Positions 19,419-29,882 of a stretch of DNA of 64,000 nucleotides are shown piece by piece (positions within the stretch are counted from its first letter, which is position 1; every line of letters begins with the position of its first letter). The stretch spans positions 85,788 through 149,787 of the forward strand of contig CAKQBW010000001.1 in NCBI GenBank assembly GCA_934216505.1, in the 5' to 3' direction. The translations under genes were made by a program, and so were the position numbers. This stretch comes from an uncultured Alphaproteobacteria bacterium. GTDB taxonomy: Bacteria; Pseudomonadota; Alphaproteobacteria; CAAHEQ01; UBA3637. The notes under the pieces are model-generated. The model saw only the letters and a program-made list of their open reading frames with translations. It ran no database searches and was not told the origin of the DNA.

Positions 19419-21772
19419 GTTTAACGACTTTGAAAAGGTATTTAAAAACTGAGGCTAGTGTTTCTGAGATAGCGGAAAAATTAACTCAGATTGGGTTAGA
19501 GGTAGAAGAAATCCAAGATTTATCTGCCTCATTAAAAGGTTTTGTTGTAGGGGAAATTATTTCAGTGGAACAGCACCCAAATGCGGATAGATTACATGTT
19601 TTGTCTGTCTTTGACGGGCAACAAAATCTGCAAATTGTGTGTGGGGCCCCTAATGTCAGGGCAGGGATGAAATCTATTTTGGCTTTGCCAGGATGTCTCA
19701 TTCCTAAATTTAATGAAAAATTAGAGGTAGGGAAAATCCGTGGGGTGGCTTCCAATGGTATGTTGTGTGCAGAAGATGAACTCTTGCTTGGAGAAGACCA
19801 TACAGGGATTATTGATTTAAAAACGGATTGTCGGGCGGGAACACCTGCGGCAGAAGCTTTAAACGCTGATGTTGTGTTTGAAATCAATATCACGCCGAAT
19901 CGGTCAGATTGCTATGGGGCAAAAGGAGTGGCGCGTGATTTATCGGCCACGGGTATTGGGGAATTTGTGGATAGTCCTGTTCCAACGATTCAAGGGACTT
20001 TTGATTCACCAATTTGTGTTAAAATTGAAACAGAAACCTGTCCTATTTATACGGGGCGGTATATTAAAAATGTTCAAAATGGCGAAAGTCCTGAATGGAT
20101 GAAGAAGGCCCTTCTTTCTGTGGGACTTCGTCCTATTTCTGCTTTGGTGGATATTACAAATTATCTGAATATTGCTGAGTGTCGGCCGTTGCATGTATTT
20201 GATGCGGATAAATTGCATGGAAATATCATTGTTCGGTCTGCAAAAGAGGGCGAAAAAATTCAAGCATTGGACGATAAAGAATACACTTTGACCCCTGATA
20301 TTTGCGTGATTGCGGACGAAAACAAAGCCCAATGTATGGCGGGCGTCATGGGGGGAATTGACACAGCGGTTTCAAAAGAAACGAAAAATGTCTTTTTGGA
20401 AAGTGCCTATTTCACCCCCCTTAGTGTTGCTAAAACAGGTATTTTAACGGGGGCTCAATCGGATTCAAGGACACGGTATGAACGAGGAATTGATCCCAAA
20501 AGTGCTGTTGATGACAATGCCCGTGCCACTCAGATGATTTTGGATTTGTGTGGTGGGGAACCCAGTCGCCTTGTGGTTGCAGGAAAAGAACCAGATTGTA
20601 CCCCCACGATTCATTTTGATTTTAACGAAGTGGAACGTTTAATCGGTATGAAAATTCCTCAATCAACGATGGAAAACATTTTAACGAAATTGGGCTTTAA
20701 AGTTCAAAGAAATGAAATTACTGTTCCTTCTTGGCGTTTTCATGATGTTTCTGTGCCCGCTGATTTAGTGGAAGAAATTGTGCGTATCTATGGCTTAGAT
20801 GAGTTGCAGGATGCTAAGATGCGGGCCGATAATTTACCTATTGGCGTTTTGTTCCCCAGCCAAAAGCGGGAAATCGCTGTTCGTCGGGCGTTGGCTAATC
20901 GGGGATTGAATCAGGCAATTACTTGGTCCTTTATGGATTCAAAATTGGCAAAGTACTTTGACTCTAAAGGAATAAAAATTTCCAATCCAATCAGTTCTGA
21001 TTTGGACGAAATGCGTCCTTCTTTGGTGGGCAATTTGTTATCGGCCGTGAAACGCAATCAGGCCACAGGAACAAATGATGTCCAACTTTTTGAAGTGGGT
21101 CCTGAATTTTATTCAGATCAACCCGGGGGACAAAGATTAGTGGCTTGTGCCGTGCGTGCGGGAAATTTTTTACCAGCTTCATGGAACAATCCCGCCCGAG
21201 CGGTAGATGTTTTTGATGCCAAAAAAGATGCTTTAGTGGCTTTGATGGCGGCTGATGCCCCCGAAAATTTAACGGTCTATAAAAATGCGCCTGCGTGGTA
21301 TCACCCAGGGCGGAGTGGCTCTTTACAGTTGGGAAAGAATAAAGTGGCTGTTTTTGGGGAAATTCACCCTAAAGTTTTAAAAGTTTTTGATATTAAAACG
21401 CCTGTTGTGGCTTGTGAGGTGTATTTAGACGATTTGCCACCAGTTAAGAAAAAAGACAATAAAATGCAAAAGCCCTTTAAAAAATCGGCTTATCAATCTG
21501 TGGAGCGAGACTTTGCCTTTGTGATGGATAAGTCTGTTGAGGCTCAAAAATTATTGTCCAGTATTCAAAATACGAATAAGGATTTAATTCAATCTGTTTC
21601 TGTATTTGATGTTTATGAAGGGGATAAACTTCCTGAAGGCAAAAAACAAATCGCTGTTAAGGTCGTAATTCAATCCATGGAAAAGACCCTGACAGATGCA
21701 GAAATTGAAACACTGTCGCAACAAATTTTGAATTATGTTGCAAAAAATACAGGGGCTGTTTTGCGGTCTTAA
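19409..21772 (+). CDS. pheT: phenylalanine--tRNA ligase beta subunit
   Basis: 787 aa with tRNA-binding, B3/B4, B5 and FDX-ACB domains. Overlaps the pheS stop. Confidence 0.85.
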   Translation: MRLSLTTLKRYLKTEASVSEIAEKLTQIGLEVEEIQDLSASLKGFVVGEIISVEQHPNADRLHVLSVFDGQQNLQIVCGAPNVRAGMKSILALPGCLIPKFNEKLEVGKIRGVASNGMLCAEDELLLGEDHTGIIDLKTDCRAGTPAAEALNADVVFEINITPNRSDCYGAKGVARDLSATGIGEFVDSPVPTIQGTFDSPICVKIETETCPIYTGRYIKNVQNGESPEWMKKALLSVGLRPISALVDITNYLNIAECRPLHVFDADKLHGNIIVRSAKEGEKIQALDDKEYTLTPDICVIADENKAQCMAGVMGGIDTAVSKETKNVFLESAYFTPLSVAKTGILTGAQSDSRTRYERGIDPKSAVDDNARATQMILDLCGGEPSRLVVAGKEPDCTPTIHFDFNEVERLIGMKIPQSTMENILTKLGFKVQRNEITVPSWRFHDVSVPADLVEEIVRIYGLDELQDAKMRADNLPIGVLFPSQKREIAVRRALANRGLNQAITWSFMDSKLAKYFDSKGIKISNPISSDLDEMRPSLVGNLLSAVKRNQATGTNDVQLFEVGPEFYSDQPGGQRLVACAVRAGNFLPASWNNPARAVDVFDAKKDALVALMAADAPENLTVYKNAPAWYHPGRSGSLQLGKNKVAVFGEIHPKVLKVFDIKTPVVACEVYLDDLPPVKKKDNKMQKPFKKSAYQSVERDFAFVMDKSVEAQKLLSSIQNTNKDLIQSVSVFDVYEGDKLPEGKKQIAVKVVIQSMEKTLTDAEIETLSQQILNYVAKNTGAVLRS

Positions 21773-21792
21773 AAAAGCTTCATCTTGTAAAA

Positions 21793-21818
21793 AGCCCCTT
21801 TGAAAGGGGGCTTTTTTT
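21793..21818. terminator. bidirectional rho-independent terminator between pheT (+) and ppa (-)
   Basis: AAGCCCCTT tgaa AGGGGGCTT hairpin followed by T7 on the + strand. An A/T run flanks it on the other side. Confidence 0.65.
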
Positions 21819-22365
21819 ATTTTGGGTATCCTGTTAAATGGTCTTTATTTGTTTCATAAGATTGATGTGCAATTTCTATTAGTTTTAAGGCTTCATCGGG
21901 ACCTAAAAATTTATCAATTTTGACTTTCTTTTTTTCCAAAATCTTATAATCTTCAAAAAACCTCCTTAACATCTTTAACAGATGAGGGGGAAGTTGGTTA
22001 ATATGTCCATAGCATTGATAAGCGGGATCATCTTCATGAACGGCAATGATTTTATCGTCAGGTTCACCGCTGTCAATCATCTTCATCACCCCGATGGGAC
22101 GCGCCCGCATAATTGTCAGCGGCGCAACAGGAAATTGTCCCAAGACAAGAATATCCAATGGGTCATTATCTTCGCAATAGGTCTTTGGAATAAAACCATA
22201 GTTGGCAGGATAATGAACAGCACTGTATAAAACCCTATCTACTTTGACGAGGCCACTGTGTTTGTCCAATTCATATTTAAGTTGAGAGCCCTTGGGGACT
22301 TCAATAATTGCAGGAATAATCTTCGGAAATTGGGGATATAATGAAACTTGATGCCATGGGTGCAT
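21817..22365 (-). CDS. ppa: inorganic pyrophosphatase (family I)
   Basis: 182 aa with DGDPLD-type active-site residues (DNDPLDILV). Confidence 0.85.
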   Translation of the reverse strand: MHPWHQVSLYPQFPKIIPAIIEVPKGSQLKYELDKHSGLVKVDRVLYSAVHYPANYGFIPKTYCEDNDPLDILVLGQFPVAPLTIMRARPIGVMKMIDSGEPDDKIIAVHEDDPAYQCYGHINQLPPHLLKMLRRFFEDYKILEKKKVKIDKFLGPDEALKLIEIAHQSYETNKDHLTGYPK

Positions 22366-22425
22366 TGAAATTCTCCTTTTAAAATGAAAAGATTTTATCT
22401 CTTGTTGATGAAGTTGTCAAGGGGT

Positions 22426-24060
22426 TTATTCTTCTTCCTCTTCTAAATCGGCTTCAATCATAGGGGCAACAGGGGTTATTTTATCAATTTTTGCCCCTGG
22501 AAATTGCTTTAAAATACTATTGACATCAGGACGTTCCTTTAAATGGTCCATTGCCAATTTTTCTTTTTGAACTTTTTTTTCTTTTTCTGTGGGATTCCCG
22601 CCAACTTTTTGGACATCAAGAATCCATTTTTCCCCTGTGAGTTTTTCCAAAAAGCGCAGTAAATCAACCGCTAAAGTCTTTGGGGCGCTTGGGGCAAAAG
22701 AACAAGAAATCTTTTTATTTTCCAATGAAATCAGGTGAATGGCACTTTCAATATAGTGTCCCAATAGTTGTTCCGCATGCGTACGGGCCAAATCTGCCAA
22801 TTCTGCCATAGAATGAAAAGCGGGAGGAGGGACAGGTTCAGCGGGTGGTTGTTGTTTTGAAATAACCTCTTTTGTCTGGATAGAAACAGAAGCGAAAGAG
22901 GAGGGGACTTCTTTTACTTGAGCCAACATTTTTTCAGGGGAATCCAAAATTTGAGAGGCATACATCAAACGGATTAAAACCATTTGTAAAGAATGGAGAG
23001 GGTTGGAGGCCCTTTTTATTTCCTCAGAGGCTTTTGTGAGTAATTGCCAAAACAAAGTGAGCGTTCCCATTGAAAATTTTTCGGCCATTTCTGCCATTTT
23101 GACTTTTTCATGGGGCAAAAGCAAGGTATTGTTATTGATATTCTTTAACGCTTTTGCACAGGTTAAATCATAGGTGAGCGTCATTAAATCTTGCAAAATC
23201 TGCAGGGGTTCAGCTCCTAAAGCGTATTGTTCTTCAAGATTGTTAAAAACAGATTGTATATTGCCTAATAGCATATCTTCGTAAAGAGAAAACAGGGTTT
23301 CTCTATCCGCCAATCCTAACATCTTTTGTACATTTTTTAGGGTAATTTCATCTTGAAAATGCACCAAAGTTTGGTCTAATAAGGAAAGAGAATCCCGAAC
23401 AGAGCCTTCCGCCGCATGGGAAAGAAGCAATGCAACATCTAACGGTAAAACCGCCTTTTCTAACTTGGCTATTTTTTGCAAGTACTCCGCTAAAGGTTTT
23501 TCCGAGATGCGCTTTAAATCAAAACGCTGACAGCGGGAAACGATCGTAATGGGTACTTTGCGAATTTCTGTGGTGGCGAAAATAAACTTGACCCGTTCAG
23601 GGGGTTCTTCCAAAGTTTTTAAAAGAGCATTAAAAGCCGCTTTTGATAGCATATGAACTTCGTCAATAATATAGATTTTAAAACGGGCAGAAACGGGATT
23701 ATACTTGGCCCCCTCTATAATTTCACGAATGTTATCTACGCCTGTGTTGCTGGCAGCATCAATTTCAATGACATCAATATCTGAATCATTGGTAATGTCT
23801 ATACAGTGGCGACACTTCCCACAGGGATTAGGCGTCATTCCCCCTTGACCATCTTCCCCGATACAGTTTAATCCTTTAGCAATAATACGGGCGGAAGTGG
23901 TTTTCCCAATTCCCCGTATTCCTGTCAATAAATAGGCTTGAGCCAACTTATTTTGCTGAATAGCATTTGTAATCGTTTGAACAAGAGCCTCTTGCCCCAA
24001 CAGGTCGGCAAAAATTTGAGGTCTATATTTTCGGGCAAGGACAACATTATTTTGGGGCAT
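22426..24060 (-). CDS. dnaX: DNA polymerase III subunit gamma/tau
   Basis: AAA+ Walker A GIRGIGKTT, the C4 zinc module CGKCRHC, and clamp-loader boxes. Confidence 0.9.
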   Translation of the reverse strand: MPQNNVVLARKYRPQIFADLLGQEALVQTITNAIQQNKLAQAYLLTGIRGIGKTTSARIIAKGLNCIGEDGQGGMTPNPCGKCRHCIDITNDSDIDVIEIDAASNTGVDNIREIIEGAKYNPVSARFKIYIIDEVHMLSKAAFNALLKTLEEPPERVKFIFATTEIRKVPITIVSRCQRFDLKRISEKPLAEYLQKIAKLEKAVLPLDVALLLSHAAEGSVRDSLSLLDQTLVHFQDEITLKNVQKMLGLADRETLFSLYEDMLLGNIQSVFNNLEEQYALGAEPLQILQDLMTLTYDLTCAKALKNINNNTLLLPHEKVKMAEMAEKFSMGTLTLFWQLLTKASEEIKRASNPLHSLQMVLIRLMYASQILDSPEKMLAQVKEVPSSFASVSIQTKEVISKQQPPAEPVPPPAFHSMAELADLARTHAEQLLGHYIESAIHLISLENKKISCSFAPSAPKTLAVDLLRFLEKLTGEKWILDVQKVGGNPTEKEKKVQKEKLAMDHLKERPDVNSILKQFPGAKIDKITPVAPMIEADLEEEEE

Positions 24061-24079
24061 TTGTATTCCTTTGAGTTTT

Positions 24080-24175
24080 TAGGTGGAAGGACACGACCTG
24101 CCTAAAGGATAAAATGGGCTGCTTTCTTCCGAACCTGACCCGCTGTTTTAACCCAGCACCCATATCCTTCCAAAA
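24080..24175 (-). ncRNA. ffs: signal recognition particle RNA (small 4.5S-type SRP RNA)
   Basis: The minus-strand transcript contains GGUCAGGUUCGGAAGAAAGCAGCC, matching the conserved domain IV apex (E. coli GGUCAGGUCCGGAAGGAAGCAGCC). Ends pair GGAAGGA/UCCUUCC. It lies immediately upstream of dnaX, the conserved ffs–dnaX synteny. Exact ends are uncertain. Confidence 0.6.
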
Positions 24176-24212
24176 ATATCATATAGAAAAATTGTCTAAA
24201 AGTCAAGCAAAA

Positions 24213-24653
24213 CTATTTAGTGAAAAATATTTTTTGACCAACTTTTATCTTGTTTTTTTGAATTTCTTGGGCGTTTATTTCCAATACTTTTGAAACGGGA
24301 AAAACACTGGAAATGATTGTCTTGTCCAAGGGCAGAGCCTTTTCGTGAAGATGAACAATCCGATTTTCATCGTCAATAAAAAGCATATCCAAGGGAATAT
24401 ATGTATCTTTCATCCACATATTGACCACTTGTTTTTGGGGAAACAAAAAAATCATTCCTTGGTGAAGAGGAAGGTTTTTTCGCCCCATCAGACCTTTTTC
24501 CCTTTGAGATTGTGTCTGAGCGACTTCTATTTGATAGGAAATAGGTCCTGTCTCAGATTGAATTTCTATTTTTTTAAGAGACGTTGCTTGACAAGCAAGT
24601 CCCCATAATAATCCCCCTAAAAGCAACAGATAGTTTTTCATTTTAATCATCAA
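24213..24653 (-). CDS. DUF192-domain periplasmic protein
   Basis: Signal peptide plus GLMGRKNLP…GMIFLF…MWMKDTYIPLDMLFID matches DUF192 (COG1430). Confidence 0.6.
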   Translation of the reverse strand: MMIKMKNYLLLLGGLLWGLACQATSLKKIEIQSETGPISYQIEVAQTQSQREKGLMGRKNLPLHQGMIFLFPQKQVVNMWMKDTYIPLDMLFIDDENRIVHLHEKALPLDKTIISSVFPVSKVLEINAQEIQKNKIKVGQKIFFTK

Positions 24654-25467
24654 ACATTAAATTATCATAGCGGAATAGAAATGAATTTTTCTTTAAAAGT
24701 TTTTGTAATTTATCTGTATAAAAAACATCATCAGGCAGATAAACGCCCAAGGTTTGAGCGATTTTAACCGCATATTGCGGATAGTCTTTATTGGCCCGTC
24801 CCATTCTTAAATAACGCCAGTCATCATAGTTAGGGGTAGCGTTCATTTCATTTACATAAGCGGTTGTTGCTGTATATAAATCGGGGTAATTTATAAAGTC
24901 ATAATGTTTGCTGTCTTTCCACCCTTTTTGGGCATAAGGAGAATCCAAATTTTCTTTGCCCCAATCCGTTCGTTGAGCGGCCTGAGCAACGGCCACAGAC
25001 AGAGGAATTTCATCAATTTTATAAATCAGGTCATTTATTTTCGTTGGAATCGTTTTTAATACCGTTGCATCATATTTTTTAACCAAATAATCAAAGTATT
25101 TTGCTTCTTCAGAGGTCCAAGTTTTACCTTGTTCAAACTTTTGTTTTAAGGTGTTAAACAATACTTTTTCAGACAAAATTTGTTCATTTTCCCGTAAAAC
25201 CAAGGCCGCAATGACTTTAGAAAAAAGTTCCTTGTTTCCTTTTTCTTTGAAATCATCGGGAAGTTTTTTCACAAAAATGCGCGGTAAAGTCTTTTTATCA
25301 GAGGAAAATAAGTTTTCTAGTTCTTGCGTTGTTTTGGGGGTTATCTCTTTTCCTTTAACGGGGGCCGTCAAAATAGGAAATAATTTTTCAAAATGGCTTT
25401 GATTTTCCTGTGAAAAAACAGGATTTACCAACATCAACCCCATCATTACTAAAAACAGATATTTCAT
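24643..25467 (-). CDS. secreted hypothetical protein
   Basis: Signal peptide; no confident family assignment. Confidence 0.35.
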   Translation of the reverse strand: MKYLFLVMMGLMLVNPVFSQENQSHFEKLFPILTAPVKGKEITPKTTQELENLFSSDKKTLPRIFVKKLPDDFKEKGNKELFSKVIAALVLRENEQILSEKVLFNTLKQKFEQGKTWTSEEAKYFDYLVKKYDATVLKTIPTKINDLIYKIDEIPLSVAVAQAAQRTDWGKENLDSPYAQKGWKDSKHYDFINYPDLYTATTAYVNEMNATPNYDDWRYLRMGRANKDYPQYAVKIAQTLGVYLPDDVFYTDKLQKLLKKNSFLFRYDNLMFDD

Positions 25468-25475
25468 TTTTCCCC

Positions 25476-27044
25476 CTATCTTTTAATTATACTCTTGAGT
25501 TGAGCCAAAGGAATCCCTTTGGTCAGAACTAACATTATTAAATACACTGTTCCAGAAATAAAAACAATCCCCCCTAAAGTCATAATTTGGGTAAATTGAG
25601 TAATTTCTGCAAAAAAATGTCTTTGTGTCAATAGTAATAGGTGAATACAAATTCCCATTGTTAGAACGGAAAACAAAAGTCGTGGGAACCTGAACCGAAA
25701 GAGTTTATCAAAAGAAAATTCGGGGTGGCGGATTAAACGAAAAAGGTATTGACAGGCATTGATCCAGACGCTACAGGTGGTAGCCAAGGCAATTCCCGCA
25801 TATCCCCAAAAAGTCATGAATGTCAGAGCAAGAGAGGAATTTAAAATAACGCCGATGATGGCTATTTTAACAGGGGTTGTGGTGTCGCCTCGTGCATAAA
25901 AGAACGGAGAAAGTGTTTTTGTTGCCATGTAAGCGGGTAATCCCAAGGAAAAAATAGCCAAAGCACGAGCTGTATGTCGGGTATCATCTGAAGTAAAAAC
26001 GCCATATTGAAATAAGGAATAAATGATGGGAACAGAAAGCATAAACAATCCCACACAGGCAGGCAAGGACATCGCCAAAGAAATTTCTAATCCTCTGTTT
26101 AAATGATCATTTGCTTGCTTTAATTTCCCTAATTTGACGTGTTTTGACAAAACAGGGAGCAGGGCAGTCCCCACCGCCACACCAATAATTCCAATAGGCA
26201 GTTGAAAAACATGGTGAGCATAATTCAACCATGAAATCGCCCCCGCCCCAACAAAAGAAACAAACAGGGTATCTAAAAATAAATTGATTTGATAAACCCC
26301 TGATCCTAAAACGCCTGGAGCCATCTTTTTTAAGAGCGTCAAAACATCTTTTGAAAGATGTCCCAAGACCTTAAAAGGAGAGAGAAGGGGAAATAAAAAT
26401 CCTGATTTTTGAATATGCCAAAGTAAAAATAAAAACTCAAAAATACCTGCAATTGTGACCCCAATGGCCAGCGCATAAGCGGGGGCATCATTCCCACCGA
26501 TAAACGGAGTAAGGCACAAAAGGGAAAAAATCATTGTTAAATTCAATAAAACCGGCGTAAAAGCGGCGGCCCAAAACTTGCCAATAGAATTTAAAATCCC
26601 AGAAAACAATGAAACCAAAGACACAAAAAACAAAAAGGGAAAAGAAATACGGCTTAAAGTGGTGGCCAATTCTAATTTTCCAGCAATTTTATCAAATCCT
26701 GGCGCTAACAGGAAAATAACCCCAGGCATAATAATTTCCATTAAAACCGTAAAAAGCAAAAGGACATAAAACAAAAAACTGAGCACAGATTGGGCAAATT
26801 CCAAAGCAGATTTTTTTCCATTTTTGTTGAGTTGTCCTGTAAAAAGAGGGACAAAAGCAACATTTAATGCCCCTTCGGCAAACAGGCTGCGAAATAAATT
26901 AGGAAATCGCCAAGCAACAAAAAAAGCATCGGCCATCATACTGGCCCCCAAAAAACGCGCCATTAAAATATCACGAATAAAGCCGACAACACGACTGATT
27001 GCTGTATATCCACTTACCGTTGCAATAGATTTTAATAATGACAT
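25476..27044 (-). CDS. murJ: lipid II flippase MurJ (MviN)
   Basis: 522-aa protein of about 14 TM helices with MurJ N-terminal conservation (RDILMARFLGAS…ADAFFVAWRFPNLFR). Confidence 0.85.
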   Translation of the reverse strand: MSLLKSIATVSGYTAISRVVGFIRDILMARFLGASMMADAFFVAWRFPNLFRSLFAEGALNVAFVPLFTGQLNKNGKKSALEFAQSVLSFLFYVLLLFTVLMEIIMPGVIFLLAPGFDKIAGKLELATTLSRISFPFLFFVSLVSLFSGILNSIGKFWAAAFTPVLLNLTMIFSLLCLTPFIGGNDAPAYALAIGVTIAGIFEFLFLLWHIQKSGFLFPLLSPFKVLGHLSKDVLTLLKKMAPGVLGSGVYQINLFLDTLFVSFVGAGAISWLNYAHHVFQLPIGIIGVAVGTALLPVLSKHVKLGKLKQANDHLNRGLEISLAMSLPACVGLFMLSVPIIYSLFQYGVFTSDDTRHTARALAIFSLGLPAYMATKTLSPFFYARGDTTTPVKIAIIGVILNSSLALTFMTFWGYAGIALATTCSVWINACQYLFRLIRHPEFSFDKLFRFRFPRLLFSVLTMGICIHLLLLTQRHFFAEITQFTQIMTLGGIVFISGTVYLIMLVLTKGIPLAQLKSIIKR

Positions 27045-27053
27045 AAAATTATC

Positions 27054-27839
27054 CTAAATTATTTTTTTACTTTTTTCAAGTTTTTTTGAAAAAACTAAAA
27101 CTCTATCAATTCCCCCATAGTCCTGATAGGTCTTTTTTAAACGCCAATGTTCGCTTAAAAAAATCTGATGAACGGCCTTTTTTTGTCCTATACCAATTTC
27201 AACAAAGAGCAAAGGAAGATTTTTGATTTTAGCCAAAACACGATAATAATCTAGGCCATCTTTACCCCCATCTAAAGCAATCTTCGGGTCAAAACAGCGG
27301 ACATTTTTTTTGAGTTCTTTCAACTCTTTTGTGGGGATATAGGGGGGGTTGGAAACGGCAAAATCATATCCTTCCAATAACTTTAAAACACGCATATCTT
27401 TGCGATGTAAAAAAGCCCTGACTTTATTTAATTTAATGTTTTTTTGGGCTATTTTAATGGCTTTAGGGGAAATATCCAATCCTGTTCCTTTTGCATTCGG
27501 ATATTCCATCAGCAAAGACACTAGCAAACAGCCACTTCCTGTGGCAATATCCAAAAACGAATAAGGTTTGTTTTTGTCTGGAACTAAATCCAAAACAGCC
27601 CGTATCAGCGTTTCAGAATCAGGGCGAGGGTCTAATACATCTTTTGAAACAACAAAATCGCCCCGCCAAAAGGATCGATGTCCTAAAATTTTTGATAAAG
27701 GTTCTTCCTTTTGTCGGCGTTCAACGATTTGCTGAATCTTTTTATCATCAGTAGTTTCTTGTAAAATCCAATCGGCCTCTAAAGAGGGGGTATCGGTTAT
27801 CCCTTTTAATTGCTGAATAAGATTTGTTTTTGTAATCAT
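27054..27839 (-). CDS. prmC: release factor glutamine N5-methyltransferase
   Basis: NPPY motif, a SAM-binding fold (LDIATGSGC), and a position immediately downstream of prfA. Confidence 0.8.
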   Translation of the reverse strand: MITKTNLIQQLKGITDTPSLEADWILQETTDDKKIQQIVERRQKEEPLSKILGHRSFWRGDFVVSKDVLDPRPDSETLIRAVLDLVPDKNKPYSFLDIATGSGCLLVSLLMEYPNAKGTGLDISPKAIKIAQKNIKLNKVRAFLHRKDMRVLKLLEGYDFAVSNPPYIPTKELKELKKNVRCFDPKIALDGGKDGLDYYRVLAKIKNLPLLFVEIGIGQKKAVHQIFLSEHWRLKKTYQDYGGIDRVLVFSKKLEKSKKII

Positions 27840-27864
27840 TTTAAACTTCTGCTAACTTTGCCAT

Positions 27865-28908
27865 TTAGTCTTCTGTAATTAAAGCGTCAATAAAATCATC
27901 TAATCCTTCACCGTTTAGGACAGTAGGAAGTTGATAGACTGTTTTGTTGATACGATGGTCTGTGACCCGACCTTGAGGATAATTATAGGTGCGGATTCTT
28001 TCCGAACGATCCCCTGAACCAACTTGATTTTTGCGATTTGCGGAGCGTTCTTTATCGGCTTTTTGGCGTTCCATGTCGTACAGGGCTGTCCTGAGGCGCA
28101 CCATCGCTTTTTCTCGGTTTTTGAATTGAGAACGTTCCTCTTGGCATTCAACGGCAATACCCGTTGGTTTATGGACGATGCGAATTGCACTATCCGTTTT
28201 ATTGACATGCTGACCGCCCGCACCACTGGCACGACAAGTTGTAATTTCCAAATCGGCTTCGTTGATTTGAACATCCACTTCTTTGGCCTCAGGAAGAACA
28301 GCAACCGTTGCGGCCGAAGTATGCACACGCCCCGAAGTTTCTGTTTCTGGGACCCGTTGGACACGATGGACGCCTGATTCATATTTTAATCGGGCAAAAA
28401 CAGAATTTCCGCTGATTTGAGCCACGGCTTCTTTAAAGCCCCCTAAACCTGTTTCATTTAAATCCAAAACTTCAAATTTCCACTTTTTGATGGCGGCATA
28501 CCGTTCATACATACGGAAAAGTTCGGCCGCAAAAAGGGCGGCTTCTTCTCCTCCCGTTCCTGCACGTACTTCCAAAATAACATTGCGTTCATCGGCTTCA
28601 TCTTTCGGCAGTAATAAGACCTGCATTTGATGTTCCATTAGGGGAATTTTTTCTTTTAATTCATAGTATTCATCGTGTGCCATTTGTTTTAATTCAGAAT
28701 CTAAAAAAGTGTCATCCATCATTTGGGCGTCTTCTTGTAATTGCTTTTGGGCTTTCAGATATTCTTGGCCAATTTGAACAATTTCTTCCATGGCAGAAAG
28801 TTCTTTTGACAGAGAAATAAAAGTTTCCCTGTCTTGTTCTTGAGTCAAAAGTTGTGTCAATTCCGAATGACGGGCTAAAATTGTTTCTAATTTTTCGTTA
28901 AAATTCAT
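27865..28908 (-). CDS. prfA: peptide chain release factor 1
   Basis: GGQ motif ([13 protein letters not shown]) and an RF1-type tripeptide region RVQRVPETE (P-x-T). No frameshift site as in prfB. Confidence 0.85.
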   Translation of the reverse strand: MNFNEKLETILARHSELTQLLTQEQDRETFISLSKELSAMEEIVQIGQEYLKAQKQLQEDAQMMDDTFLDSELKQMAHDEYYELKEKIPLMEHQMQVLLLPKDEADERNVILEVRAGTGGEEAALFAAELFRMYERYAAIKKWKFEVLDLNETGLGGFKEAVAQISGNSVFARLKYESGVHRVQRVPETETSGRVHTSAATVAVLPEAKEVDVQINEADLEITTCRASGAGGQHVNKTDSAIRIVHKPTGIAVECQEERSQFKNREKAMVRLRTALYDMERQKADKERSANRKNQVGSGDRSERIRTYNYPQGRVTDHRINKTVYQLPTVLNGEGLDDFIDALITED

Positions 28909-28962
28909 TTTTCAATCCTTTATAATAAGTTTATACCAAATGTGATTAGTTATTTAAAATAG

Positions 28963-29841
28963 CTAATTTTTTGTTTCTAAACCTGCTAAAGGCGTATTTT
29001 CTTCTTTTGAAAAAGTTTTAACTCTTTTACCATCCAAATAGAGATCCAATGAATCCCCTTTTCCTGTGCTTATCACCAAATCAGCCAAGGGGACTTCAGG
29101 GATAAAATGTTCATTTTTTACAAAAGTTTTATCAATCAAAACTTTATTGTTTTTAATGTCTTTAATGCTGACCCACACCCGATTAAAAGCCACAAAAGCA
29201 ACGGGTGCCATAAACACATCATCTGATATTTCTTTTAATTCAGGGACACCCTTGGGCTCTTCCTCTTTGATTTCAGGCTTTTGGGATACTGTTTCAGGTT
29301 CCAACGAAGCAACTTCTTCTATTACAGGAGGGACAGGAGAATCCAAGTTTTCCTTTAAAATGGGTGTCTCTGGGTATAGATAAATGGCGATGAGATACCA
29401 TATGACATAGAGAACGACAACAAATCCCAAAATCTTAAAAACAGTTTTGGGACTGGGAAGGGGAAACTTTTTTTCTAAAACAAGCATGTCCAAAGGTTCT
29501 TCTTGGGTATTACTTGTCTCTTGATGAAAAAGTTCCACTAATTCGTCAGGGTTTAATTTTAAAAACTTGGCATAATTCCTTAAAAAGCCAATCGCATAAC
29601 TACGGGCAGGAAAAACGTAATAATGACCTTTTTCCAAAGCCTCCAAATAAATACTCTTAATCCGCAAAAGTTCAGAAATTTCATCAATTTCCAATTTCTT
29701 TTTCTTGCGTGCATTTTCCAGTATATTTCCCAAGGAAACATCTGAAACTTTTTCTTTCGTATGGCTTTTTTCGGTTAATTCTTCAATATCCAAATGGATT
29801 ATTTTTTCTTTTTTTAACTTAGGCATGGGATTCCCTTTCAT
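28963..29841 (-). CDS. rodZ: RodZ-like cytoskeleton/helix-turn-helix protein
   Basis: N-terminal HTH (Cro/XRE-type), a single TM helix, and a C-terminal DUF4115-like domain. Confidence 0.5.
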   Translation of the reverse strand: MKGNPMPKLKKEKIIHLDIEELTEKSHTKEKVSDVSLGNILENARKKKKLEIDEISELLRIKSIYLEALEKGHYYVFPARSYAIGFLRNYAKFLKLNPDELVELFHQETSNTQEEPLDMLVLEKKFPLPSPKTVFKILGFVVVLYVIWYLIAIYLYPETPILKENLDSPVPPVIEEVASLEPETVSQKPEIKEEEPKGVPELKEISDDVFMAPVAFVAFNRVWVSIKDIKNNKVLIDKTFVKNEHFIPEVPLADLVISTGKGDSLDLYLDGKRVKTFSKEENTPLAGLETKN

Positions 29842-29882
29842 TTTTTTATGTATTATATCTTTTTTTTATAAATTGTCCAGTT

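Noticed and set aside
27915-28382. Long antisense and alternate-frame ORFs inside prfA (155 aa minus strand, 117 aa plus strand)
   Set aside because: They are embedded in a highly conserved gene on overlapping frames. Such frame-shadow ORFs are common in AT-rich coding sequence, and they have no independent signals.
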